Shown here: positions 1 through 11,449 of the stretch, piece by piece
Layout of the letters: each line of letters starts with the position of its first letter
How positions within the stretch are numbered: the stretch's first letter is position 1
Assembly (NCBI GenBank): GCA_016748015.1
Contig: JAAOMT010000082.1
Span: 154,314 to 218,313, forward strand
Direction of reading: 5' to 3'
DNA from: Geosiphon pyriformis uo1
Lineage: Eukaryota; Fungi; Glomeromycota
Length of the DNA: 64,000 nt
The notes under the pieces: model-generated
What the model was told of the DNA's origin: nothing
Databases searched by the model: none
Seen by the model: only the letters and a program-made list of their open reading frames with translations
Made by a program: the position numbers and the translations under genes

Positions 1-443
1 AAGTCATAAATAAAATCAACATAGATAATTTGACTTCAGTTATTAGAAATATGCTTAATGACAAAGCTGCTGGCTTTTTGAGTATTTTGAATAAACTATA
101 AAAACATAGTAGAAATATGATATTAAAATGTCTTTTAAATTTAATTAATGTTTGTTTATTACTTGGTAACATTTTAGCTTTTTAGAAAAACACTTAAGTT
201 TCAATGATTTCCAAATCATATAATTGAAATAATAACTTTACAAATACATAACTTATTGTCTTGATTAAAATAGCTTGCAAAATTTTTTCAAAAATCTTAT
301 TAGATCATATTTCTTTGGCTTGCAATAAATCTAATATTCTTTGAGATAACAATTTTTTGGTCTTAAAAATATTTCAACTCAAATACTTGTTTTTGCTGTC
401 AGTTTAATAGTGAAGGATGTTTTAGAAAAAGACCACAAACTGT
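1..443 (+). pseudogene. Decayed non-LTR retrotransposon (LINE) ORF2 RT fragment, part 1; host of the LTR nest
   Basis: Degenerate translation (DKAAGFLSILNKL..VSMISKSY..IACKIFSKILLDHISLAC..KDVLEKDHKL) aligns by eye with ORF2 of the LINE at 59250-59800 (GKAAGLSGISNKLW..VSMIPKPY..KVLSKILSDRISLAC..EDALKKDREL). Confidence 0.85.
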
Positions 444-1325
444 TGTTACTCATAGAATATAAGAAATATAGTATTATTAGTCAGTAAATATTAGCCAATC
501 AGAGGTAGACATAGTAAATGTGGAATTCCAGAATTCCTCTTAGAGAAATTGCAGGATTCCAGGAATTTCAGAATTCCCCGACAAGAAATTGCAGAATTCC
601 AGAATTTCAGGATTCCTCTCATCAGGAATTGCAGAATTCCAGGATTCCTGTCGCAAAGAATTGAGGAATTGAGGAATCTCAATTATGTATATATAGCAGT
701 AGGATTAGAAGCTAAAAAGACAGATCTCTCAGTTTAGATTTAATCTAAGCAACATTCCAGTTCCCAATCATCAAATAAATAATTATTCCATATCTCAACC
801 CACTCTCTACTATTAACACTTTATGTTGATAGTAATTGATACTTAACCACACTGGAACAATAGCTCTTGATCACGGCTATTGATGAAATACTAACATATC
901 AAATTGTCTTGGCTTATTTTTTCTATTTTCTTTATTTTTATTTTCTTTATTTTATTTTCTTTCTTTTTTTGATTTTGGTGTTGTATACTAATTGATTAAA
1001 AGATTAAGCACTGAGTTATTGACATCAAAGATAGCCTGGTAAAAGACCCAGAAATAAGGGTAGGATTTTATATATTATCAGATAGCTTACCAGCAAAGCA
1101 CGACTGCCAGACTAAATCTGGCCACCACGTTGAGAAAGAAATTGGAAAAACTCTTGGAAAGATACATTTACTATCAACCCTATTGAATCTTTGTCCATTA
1201 TACAAAGAACTTTATCAAAACCTTCAGATACAACACTTGCAGAACCTCATCCATGGAAGTAGCTTTTGAGCACCAAGTTATGGATTTGTTATTTAATTCA
1301 ACAGCAGAAATAATTACCTGTAACA
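444..1325 (+). repeat. 5' LTR of element A
   Basis: TG...CA termini, direct repeat of 9717-10593; CCAAT ~495, GGAATTCC-type tandem repeats 522-683, TATA 688-695. Confidence 0.95.
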
Positions 1326-1327
1326 TT

Positions 1328-1344
1328 TGGTGCTTCCTGTGAGG
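1328..1344 (+). promoter_or_regulatory. Primer binding site of A (TGGTGCTTCCTGTGAGG)
   Basis: TGG 2 nt after the LTR, complementary to a tRNA 3' end (..CCTCACAGG(G/A)AGCACCA). The same PBS is in B, C and D; tRNA identity not determined. Confidence 0.85.
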
Positions 1345-1387
1345 TATAATTCTACAGAGAACCAGCACCAACAAACACCATCTAAAA

Positions 1388-4300
1388 GTGGCAGAATCAG
1401 AAAATATAGGAGCAAACCATTTAGGATTTGCAAAATCTTTATTTCAACACTATTGTCAATACTTGAAATTAAACCACAATCATATATCTGCCGAATTAGT
1501 CTTCAATTTCTATGTCAACGAAAAGATTTCCTCTTTATTAAGAACACCAGTGAATACTAAATCAGCAAGAGAAACTTTCTATAAGGAGTTAATTCAAAAC
1601 ACCAATCTGCCAACAAATCATAATTTCACATCCATCATCACTGAGATCAACAAAGAAATTGAACACCACACTCAACAAAGATATCTAATTACATATGCTA
1701 GTAAAAGCAAAGGAAAACTACAAACACCAGCAGTAACACCCAGAAAAATACAGCCATCTACTTAGAAGAAAAACAGAATTGAATCCCCAAGCAACCCATC
1801 CTACCACTATACACCTGGAAGTGCCATCAACATATCATCAACAGATGCATTTTCATCAACTGTGACATCAGCATTTGGACAATTCCCATTCCAAAGTAGA
1901 CAAAAAAAAACAGAATTATTAAGACCATATGGCAAATACTTTGAGGGATTTAATTCATGATTATCAACCTCATCAGGACTTTGATCACTACTGCCTCCAC
2001 CTGGAATCTCTGATCCATGGGAAGCAGCAGAATCAGAAAAAGAGGAAGAAGAATCAGAGAATCAAGAATTCACTTACCAGCACCCGATCACTGAAAACCC
2101 GGAAGTTGAAATCCCGAATTTTCAAACTCAGCAAAATCTAAATCTAGAAAATTCAGAAATCAAAACTCCGAATTATCAAAGGCAGAACAATCCAAACTCT
2201 GAATTAATTAATCAGCAAAACTTACCTCCGGTAATTGTTATTAATCAACTGCCGATTAATCCCATAGCCAAACCTATACAACAGCCACTTCAACTACCAT
2301 CCTAACAACCAGTACAATAACAACTGCTTCAACAGCCACCACAACCACCTAACTTAGATCCAATGGCCTATGCACCAATTGCAAAACTTGACAATTTTAC
2401 TGGCAAAGAAGATAATGCTCAAGTATGGCTGAATGATGTAGAAAAGGCCATTGCAGCCAACAGATAGAATGATGCCCGAGCAATGCAAGCCATTCTCTAC
2501 TTTCTCAAGAATACTGCCAATTCATGATATCAGAGCTTGGTTAATAAACCACAAGATTTTAATGCCTTTAAAACGAAATTCCTAAGATATTTCAGCAACA
2601 ATAACAGCATCAATCACCTAGTCAATACATTCACCACCATGAAACAAGGAGAAACTGAAGCGGTCACCACTTACCTGGGACACTTCCATTGAAACTTGTG
2701 CCAAATTCAAGCAATTAACACCAACTATTTCACAGCCCCACAGATACTCAACCAGTTTTTTCATGGCCTGTGCAGCAGTATCTTGCAACATGTACGTCCG
2801 TTGCATCCAGGCACTCTTCAAGATGCAGTCACATGTGCCAGAGATTTTGAATCCGCTGAGTCAGAGGCTAACCATGCCCAAGCCATTAATCTAGTAATGA
2901 ACGGATCATCTGAATTGGATTCCAAATTGGAGAAGTTCAGTAAATCAATTAATAAGAGACTGGAAGAATACTTAACTGACAATCATGCCATTTATTAGTC
3001 TCCACAATAATGCAATAATCAAGGAAACTCTAATTGTGCCCAAAATTAATCATGTCCATCTTCATTGACCAATCAACAGTGACAACAGGAAACACGTATC
3101 TGCCACTATTGTGGTAAACAAGGACATATCTAAATTGACTGTCACCAGCATTTAAATAACCAATGATCAAGAAACCAATATCAAAATCCTGATCACCAGT
3201 TCCAAACTCTGAATTAGTACCCAAATCAAAACCAACCCGCTTACCTACCAGTAATGCAGTCATCAGTCTATCAATCTCTGGTGTATCAAGCTCTAATCTA
3301 TCAACTGCAGCCACAAGTAATTTATTAACAACTGCAGCCACAAATAATCTATCAGTCCCAACAAATCCAAATACCACCCCAAAGCTTACCACCCAACAGA
3401 ACCCAAAGACTGAGAATGACTCAACAGAACTGGAGATCAGCAATGGTAGTCCATCAACTGATCTTCAGTTCTTCACAGCAACTATCTGGATTATGCCAGT
3501 GGAATTCAGGTGCTGGTCAACCCCAGAACCCGAATTCTCAGAACTATTTAAGTCTCTTGGTCACTCCAGAAAATGCCTCAACTAATAATCCAGCATTTAC
3601 CCAAAAACAACCATTCACCAGTAATATCCCATCTGCTACCATCACTGAAGATGAGTCTTTGGCTGCTATATTCCCATTCGAATTCGAGAAAACAACTGCA
3701 ATGTCATTATTTAGTGGAGCCGCTCTTGAAGCCAAACCAATCACCATGATGTACACTAATGCCAAAGTTGAGAGACAATCCATCAAATTGATCCTTGACA
3801 GCAGTTCAGCAGGCAGCATCATCACACGACAACTTATGAATTAATTAGGTCACTGAGTTGATCGAGCTGCCAGCACCAGAATCATCACAGCTGATGGAGC
3901 GACCAAAACTCCAATCAGCAAAATCAACGACTTCCCTTTCGAAGTTAATGGCATCATAACTCCCATTAAAGTTCTAGTGATGGAAGCCACTCAATACCAA
4001 GCTTTCATTGGTAATGACTGGCTATTCAAAGTTAATGCAACATTAGACTGGAACACCCAGGAATTCTAACTAACATATTAGGGCCAACACATACGTGTAC
4101 CGGCCATGTGTGGCCATTTCAAGACTCCTCCAAGAGAGAAACTATTGATCAAACTGGAGGAGAAGAAAGAGAAACCTACCTGGGAAGCTTACCAAGTCTC
4201 CTGGGCCAACACCAACCACAATGAACTACCACTAATACTCTTGTGGAATGACAACCCTAAGGGAAAGCAAAAAGAGGAACTGACCTGGAAAACAGACAAT

Positions 4301-7300
4301 TTGATTTGGACCGACAATAAACAGGAAAAACCATTGAGTTGAGAATGGAAAGAAGAAAAGAGAAAAGGGAAAGAGAGGGAGAAAGAAAACACTCAACAAC
4401 ATTTATATTCCATACACCTATGGTCAACAACAATCATCAATCTATCACCAATCCAAACTAATATGCATTAATTGCAGCAAGAAATTGTCATCAATGGGCA
4501 CATGCTATGGTGACAATGAAGAATATCAGATGGCAACCAAGTTCTATTGCTGCGCATGCCATGTCAAACATTTTGGAAGACCAAAATGAGTGGGAAAATG
4601 AGATAATACACCATGTATAGCCTGTGGAGAAACTCTTCTCAACAAAGAAATATGGAACAACATTCTGGGAAGAGGAGGAACATGTGACATGTCTTGCCAA
4701 TACACGATCCTTATCAGTGATTGGGTCAAAAAAGGAACACCCATAGAAGCTGCCTGGAGAAGAGCTGTACAGCAATTGGACATTTGTCTACATAACGATG
4801 ATAAATTATGGCAAATGGCAATCGCCAAAATTGAAGGCGCATTGCCAGAAGAAATCAGAACAATTAAAAACAACCCACCAGAACCCATCGAGCTTGACTG
4901 AGACACAGAGCCAGTCATAAATTTTCTGGAATTAGAAAAGTTCCATGAACACTACCAAAACTTGGCATTCACTAGAGAAGAGCAAGAACAACGGCTAGCA
5001 CAGTTAAATACAAGACTGTGTTGCCATTGTTTAATTCTCAGTAACTTTGAATATTATGACAATTGTGATCTCATTTACAATCTACCACCATGCATAATCT
5101 ACACGATCTCTGAAGAAGAAAAACCAATCAGCAACTATGCATCGGAATCAGAATTGCTGATCAATTGCAATCCAGACTCCAACAATGACGACAAAAACAC
5201 TGGTTCCAGCTCCATTCAAAATGGCAATAACAACAAAGACAATTCAAACTCAAATTCAAACTCCTATTTAAACTATGAACAATACATTGCACTACCAGAT
5301 CTCTTCAAAGAACAAAAGTTGAAATGGTATAGTAACAATGGAGAAGATATTATGCCAGAACATGCACATGATACTGATGTAGGATTTGATTTGAGGTATT
5401 CAGAAAAAGAGGCCATCAAATTGAAACCACATTCACGTATCTGTATTGATCTAAAAGTAGCACTAGAAATTCCAGCAACAACAATGGTTCAATTAGCATC
5501 TAGGAGTAGTTTAGTGAAAAGAGAGATTAATATAAGAGAAGAAATAATTAACACGGAATATATAGGAAATATCATTGTTATGCTACAAAATAACTCAGAA
5601 AAGGCCTATATAATAGAGCCCAATGAAAAGATAGCACAGGCAATATTTCTGCCTCTGGTTAGAGTAGCTCAGTTAGTATCAGTGGGAAAAAGAGAGGAAT
5701 TAGGAATAACAGTGAGAGGAATACAGGGATTCAGATCAATGAGTAGAATAGATATACCAGTTAATATGGCAGAGAAAAAAATTGTTGGCCAAGGAGAAAT
5801 TATTTCAACCAGTCAAGCTATTTTTATTTCATCATATAACCAGTACATGCTAGCAATAGAAAGGAAGGAAAAAGACCAAGCACAAATTTTTGAAGCAGAA
5901 GCCAGTCTTTGTGAATTAGGAGAAGTTGGACTCATCAATCTCCACATACCAGCCAAAGATTACAGTCACATCAAAATTCCCATCTACAACAATACAGGAA
6001 ATGTCATAGAAATACCAGCCAGAATTATTATTGAATACTTAAACACTGAAATAGAGGATCAACCACCGAACCTCATTTCAGACTTTCCACAACTTTGTGG
6101 ATATGTTGATATCACATTACAAACAATATACGGATGAAGTGAATGTTATTTGCTCCAACCAGAACAATTGGAACAAATGAACATAGGAAACTTAGATCCA
6201 CTCCAATGTATGCAACTTAAGATGTTGTTCAACCAGTTCAATGACATCTTTGCCAGTGAAAATGAGTTTGGCTGAACTGACATCATCCAGCATCAGATCA
6301 AGACTGGAGATGCAATGCCAATTAAACAAAGAGCATACAGAGTGCCACCAGTCAGCCACGAGATTATTCGTCAAGAGATAAACTGAATGCTTGACAATGG
6401 GCTAATTCAGCCATCAATGAGCTTATGGTCATCACCAGTGGTACTTGTCCATAAGAAGAATGAAAAGATCCGATTTTGTGTAAACTACAGAAAACTCAAT
6501 GGTATAACTTGTGGAGACAGCTATCCAACTCCACAGATACAGGAATTATTTGATGCTTTTGGCAGAAACAAATGGTTCTCAACGTTAGACTTAGATAGTG
6601 GTTACTAGCAAGTAGCCATGAATCCAGCCGACAAAGAAAAGATGGCATTCACCACAAGAAAAGGGAATTTTGGATTTGAAGTAATGTCATTCGGTTTAAC
6701 CAACACACCAGCCACTTTCCAATAGCTAATGGAAATTGTCTATACTGGCTTATTGTGGAAATCAGTAGTTGTATACTTGGACAACACCAACGTATTCTCA
6801 AAAACATTTGATGATCATCTTTATCATCTTCAACAAGTGTTCAAAAGACTAAGAAGAGCAGGGCTAAAGTTAAATGCAACAAAGTGCTTCTTTGGCAAGA
6901 CAGAGCTAAAATTCTTGGAACACATAATCAGCAAAAACGGCATCAAAACAGATCCAGAGAAAATAGAGATAGTAAAAAACTTTCTAGTGCCAACCTATAT
7001 GGCAGAACTGAAATCATTCTTGGGATTCGCCAGCTACTATTGACATTTTATCAAGAACTTTTCCAAGATAGCGCAGCCACTCAACCAACTGCAAACCAAG
7101 AATACCAAATATGAATGGGCAGAAAGTTAACAAGAAGCTTTTGACATTTTGAAAGGAAAGCTCATTCAAGCTCCAGTACTGATTTATTCAGATCACAGCA
7201 AACCATTCATCATTACCACTGATGCATCCGGCCAAGCATTGAGAGCAGTATTATCTCAGAGAGGACCAGACAGCAGAGAACATCCAGTAGCATATGCCAG

Positions 7301-7577
7301 CAGAGGTTTAACACCAGCCAAAAAGAACTATGGAACACCGGAACAAGAACACTTGGCAATATACTGGGCAGTCATGAAATGGAAAGAATACTTGAGCCAG
7401 AAGTTTGAAGTATACACAGATCACAAGAGATTAACATTACTCCAAAAACAAGAATTTGGAAATAAAAGACAGTCAAAATGGAAAATGGCACTCACACCAT
7501 ACAATTATACTATATATTACAAAAAAGGAAAAGACAATGGAAATGCTGATGGTTTGTCGTGAATAAGACAAATCTAA
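1388..7577 (+). pseudogene. gag-pol: Element A Gag-PR-Cys-rich-dUTPase-RT-RNase H polyprotein, disrupted
   Basis: Capsid-like AQVWLNDVEKAIAAN; zinc knuckle CHYCGKQGHI*IDC (3101); protease LILDSSSAGSII; dUTPase motifs; RT WSSPVVLV/RFCVNYRKLN/LDLDSGY/YLDN; RNase H TTDASG..PVAYASR..YTDH..NADGLS. Many point stops. Confidence 0.93.
5352..5750 (+). pseudogene. dut: dUTPase domain within element A pol
   Basis: All five trimeric dUTPase motifs, degenerate: (V)GFDL, SRSSL, (E)IINTEYIGNI [=GIIDAGYxG], KIAQAIF, RGIQGFRS [=RGxxGFGS]. Confidence 0.9.
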
Positions 7578-7639
7578 GAACATTTTAATACAAAAATATA
7601 ACAAAACCAGAACAATACCAACGAAAAATATAACAAAAG

Positions 7640-9021
7640 ATGAACATACAAAAATATCAACAACTGCAACATTATATAAACACTCAACAGTTCAAGGAGA
7701 ATTTATCTCAAATAGAACAAAAGAGTATCAAACAACAATCAAAATATTTTATCACTCACCAAAATATACTTTATCAGAAAAATAAAAAAAATTCAGATCA
7801 ACCAACCAGAGTAGTTACAGAACCAGAAAAAGAGACAATATTATTCAACATGTACTCAAATCCAACAGCAGGACATTTTTACAAAGAAGCAACCATGGAA
7901 AGAACCAGAAAAAAATACTATTGGCCATCAATGTATTCAAACATCATCCAATATGTTCAAAATTGTGATGCTTGTCAGTGAAGAGAAGGTACAAAACCCA
8001 GTAAACTGTTAAAACCAATTAAAGTAGAACAACCATTTGACCATGTTGGAATTGATCTAGTCAGATCATTAACAATCACCAGTGAAGGAAACAGGTACAT
8101 AGCAGTAGCCATGAACTATCTCACTAAATGGCCAGAGACAAAAGCAATTCAAAGAGCGGATGCAGAATCCATTGTCGAATTTGTTCATCAGGATTTGATC
8201 TGTCAACATGGATGTCCAAAAAAATTATTATCAGACCAAGGAACTCATTTTGTGAACAAAACATTAACAGAATTGAGCCAAAGATTCGGAATTAAGAGAC
8301 CACTATCATCACCATACCATCCATAAACCAATGGATTAGTCGAAAGATTCAACAGAACATTGTGTGAAGCAATAGCTAAACTCAGCCAAGAAAACCAGAA
8401 CAATTGGGATTTGTTGATACCATCAGTACTATTTGCTTATTGGACAATGAAGCAAGATACTACACAAGCAACACCATTTGAATTAGTATATGATAGAACA
8501 GCAATACTACCAATGGAAATAGAAGTCAGCACATACCCAACCAAACCAATAACAGAAGAGAATTTCAAAAATACATTGTTAAAAAGAACATATGACTTAA
8601 TAGAAACATTAGAAAACAAACAACGAAAAGCAGCTGATAACATACAAAAGTCACAAGAAAAACAAAAAAAAAACATGATAACTAACTACCAAATAAACCA
8701 GTTGAATTCAGGATTGGAGACAAAGTACTACTACATCGTACCAAAGCGAAAAAACAATAGAGTGGAAAATTTGACCCCAAATGGGACAGACCATTTCACA
8801 TAGAAGAAATTCTAGGAAATGGAGCTTACAAATTAAGATTGAATAACAAAATTTTGACCAAAGCAGCACATGGAGATTGACTAAAACCATATCACCATAT
8901 AGCATCATCATTCACCAGTAATATTCCACAATTAGGAGTACAGAGAATACTAGTCCAACCAGATAAGATTTCACGAGACCTAGAACCAATTATTATCATT
9001 AACAACAACATGTTCAATTGA
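7640..9021 (+). pseudogene. Element A integrase, separate ORF, disrupted
   Basis: Own ATG (MNIQKYQQ); HHCC region (AGHF..YYWP..CDACQ); DDE core (GIDLV..LSDQGTHF..TNGLVERFN); GPY/F-type C-terminus; no chromodomain. Confidence 0.92.
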
Positions 9022-9074
9022 TCGACAAAAGAATATATAAAACCATAGTCGACACAACAGAAGAGAGCAGAAAA

Positions 9075-9703
9075 ATGGAGATTATAGACAATATCTATTC
9101 ACTAGCCCAACAAATTTTTCAATTAATCCAACACCAGGAGATAGAAATTACCATCAATCAACAAACCATTCATTACAAAAATACGGTAAAAATACCACAA
9201 AACAAAGCACAAAAAAGACTTGAAAACGTGGTCAACAAGATCATGACTAAGATAAAATTGGCCATAAAAGAACAACAAATAGTCAGATACACCAAAAACT
9301 TACCAAAGAAACTTGGACTTGGTGGATACAACAATTTCCAAAAAACTATTGTTATTTTTACTTGGGACAACATGTGAATATTCAGAACTTATATATGGAT
9401 AAAACAAAGTGGTTATTCAACACAACAATACTACAACAACTAGAACATTTTGTGGAAAAAAACAACTTATCCATACAAGCTCGAGCTATATACTGAATAC
9501 ACACAGCATTCCAGGATCGACCAGAAATTCTACTCAACAAAGCAATGGATACAGTTACCAATAATCAATTGGGAAAAATCACCAATGCTCAATTTAAAGA
9601 ATTATGAACTCAAATAACACAAGTAATTCTTAAAAATGAAATTCAAAAAATACTTCAAAAGGGAGAATTAAATGAATTAGATTTCAACAGAGCTCAATAT
9701 TAA
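9075..9703 (+). pseudogene. Element A ORF3, unknown function (one frameshift)
   Basis: MEIIDNIYSLAQQIFQLIQHQEIEITINQQ...ELDFNRAQY*; homologous ORFs in B, C, D and E. Confidence 0.75.
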
Positions 9704-9716
9704 AAGGAGGAAATAA

Positions 9717-10593
9717 TGTTACTCATAAAATATAGAAATATATAGTATTATTAGTCAGTAGATATTAGCCAATCAGAGGTAGACATAGTAAATGTGGAAT
9801 TCCAGAATTCCTCTCAGAGGAATTGCAGGATTCCAGGAATTTCAGGATTCCCCGACAAGAAATTGCAGGATTCCAGAATTCCAGGATTTCTCTCATCAGA
9901 AATCGCAGAATTCCAGGAATTCCAGGATTCCTGTCGCAAAGAATTGAGGAATTGAGAAATCTCAATTATGTATATATAGCAGTAAGATTAGAAGCTAAAA
10001 AGACAGACCTCTCAGTTTAGATTTAATCTAAGCAACGTTCCAGTTTCCAATCATCAAATAAATAATTATTCCATATCTCAACCCACTCTCTACTATCAAT
10101 ACTTCATGTTGATAGTAATTGATACTTAATCATGCTGGAACAATAGCTCTTGATCACGGCTATCGATGAGATACTAATGTACCAAATTGTCTTGGCTTAT
10201 TTTTTCTATTTTCTTTATTTTATTTTCTTTCTTTTTTTGATTTTGTTGTTATATACTAATTGATTAAAAGATTAAGTACTGAGTTATTGACATCAAGGAT
10301 AGCCTGGTAAAAGACCCAGAAATAAGGATAGAATTTTATATATTATCAGATAGCTTACCAGCAAAGCATGACTGCCAGACTAAATCCAGCCACCATGCTA
10401 AGAAAAAAATTGAGAAAACTTTTAAAAAGATACATCTACTATTGACCCTATTGAATCTCTGTCCATTATACAAAGGACTTTATCAAAACCTTCAGATACA
10501 ACACTTGCAGAACCTTATCCATGGAAGTAGCTTTTAAGCACCAAGTTATGGGTTTGTTATTTAATTCAACAGCAGAAATAATCACCTGTAACA
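9717..10593 (+). repeat. 3' LTR of element A
   Basis: Direct repeat of 444-1325, preceded by PPT AAAAGGAGGAAATAA. Confidence 0.95.
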
Positions 10594-10671
10594 CTGTGAT
10601 TAGTTTTACAAGATATGCACAAAGCATATAATTTAGTATGGTAGTATTATCTTAAAGCTAGTTTAAAATAG
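10594..10671 (+). pseudogene. Decayed LINE RT fragment, part 2 (between elements A and B)
   Basis: Reads L*LVLQDMHKAYNLV, matching LWLVLQDMRKAYDSV of the LINE RT; continuous with 1-443 once A is removed. Confidence 0.85.
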
Positions 10672-11397
10672 TGTTATGGTTGAAACTTATACTTTTTATT
10701 AATTATTACATGTATTAGCCACAGATATTACATAATTAGCTACTCTATTTTTAGATAGTGATTATTGACCTGATCATTGACTTGATCATTGACCTGATTA
10801 ATAACCTGATTATTGACCTGATCATTGACTTAATCATTGACCTAGTCGTTGATCTGATCATTGACTACTTTTGATAGCTATATAAGTGATGAATTTTTTA
10901 GCTGTAGAAAAGCATATAAGAATCAAAAAAAGAAAAGAAATAAAATAACAACTTCATCTCAATCTTTTTCTTCTCACTAATTTTTTTTTCCCTATCTTCA
11001 AGTATCTAAACATTTTAAAGATAAAAGATTACTTGTTGGCATTTACCTACCCTTTTTCTGAAATGTGTAATTATAGTATTTGAAGATTATTGAATAAATG
11101 TGACTAAAGAGTACATCTAATACCTGATATTAAATTCTAAAAGCACTAATGTAAAGCATAGAATTATACCAGTGTGTGATCATTTGTTGACAGTACAGAC
11201 TATCTCTCTACCTTCAGATTTCCTGATTATCTTTTAAAAAGTATAGTGACTAAGATATTTTATGAGACTGATCTTGCACATTGAAACCATACTTATTCAA
11301 TTTGCTTTTTGAAGTTAAATTCTCTTTGATTCCTTTCATCACCCTATAATCCTGTTCTCCCTTGCTATCCATTAGCTTGTTATTTCAACTTGTAACA
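10672..11397 (+). repeat. 5' LTR of element B
   Basis: TGTTA...TGTAACA; nine copies of 12-mer TGATCATTGACC (10759-10866); matches 47024-47689. Confidence 0.93.
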
Positions 11398-11449
11398 TAA
11401 AAGTGGTGCTCCCTGTGAGATTGTTAAAATCCACTTTGTTTTCTATTGT

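Larger units (their letters stand above)
444..10593 (+). mobile_element. Ty3/Gypsy LTR retrotransposon A (10.15 kb, full length, pseudogenised)
   Basis: LTR pair TGTTACTCATA...TGTAACA; TSD CTGT at 440-443 and 10594-10597; PBS 1328-1344; PPT 9702-9716; domain order PR-RT-RH-IN. Confidence 0.97.

Noticed and set aside
522-683. CRISPR-like appearance of the GGAATTCC repeats
   Set aside because: No unique spacers of constant length and no cas genes; it is an LTR U3 array in a eukaryotic context.
491-737. 63/62-aa ORFs on both strands in the LTR of A (also 9765-10020)
   Set aside because: By-products of the quasi-palindromic U3 tandem repeat; not kept in the related D LTRs.
3101-3480. Programmed gag-pol frameshift
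   Set aside because: Knuckle and protease are in the same frame in A and D. The single shift in A near 4390 is absent in D, so it is a copy-specific indel.
9075-9703. ORF3 as env or chromodomain
   Set aside because: No signal peptide, TM helix, furin site or chromodomain aromatic-cage pattern visible.
1388-9703. Alternative genetic code or stop readthrough explaining the many in-frame stops
   Set aside because: Most stops fall at different positions in A, C and D and correspond to CGA/CAA/TGG codons in the other copies, so they are mutational decay.
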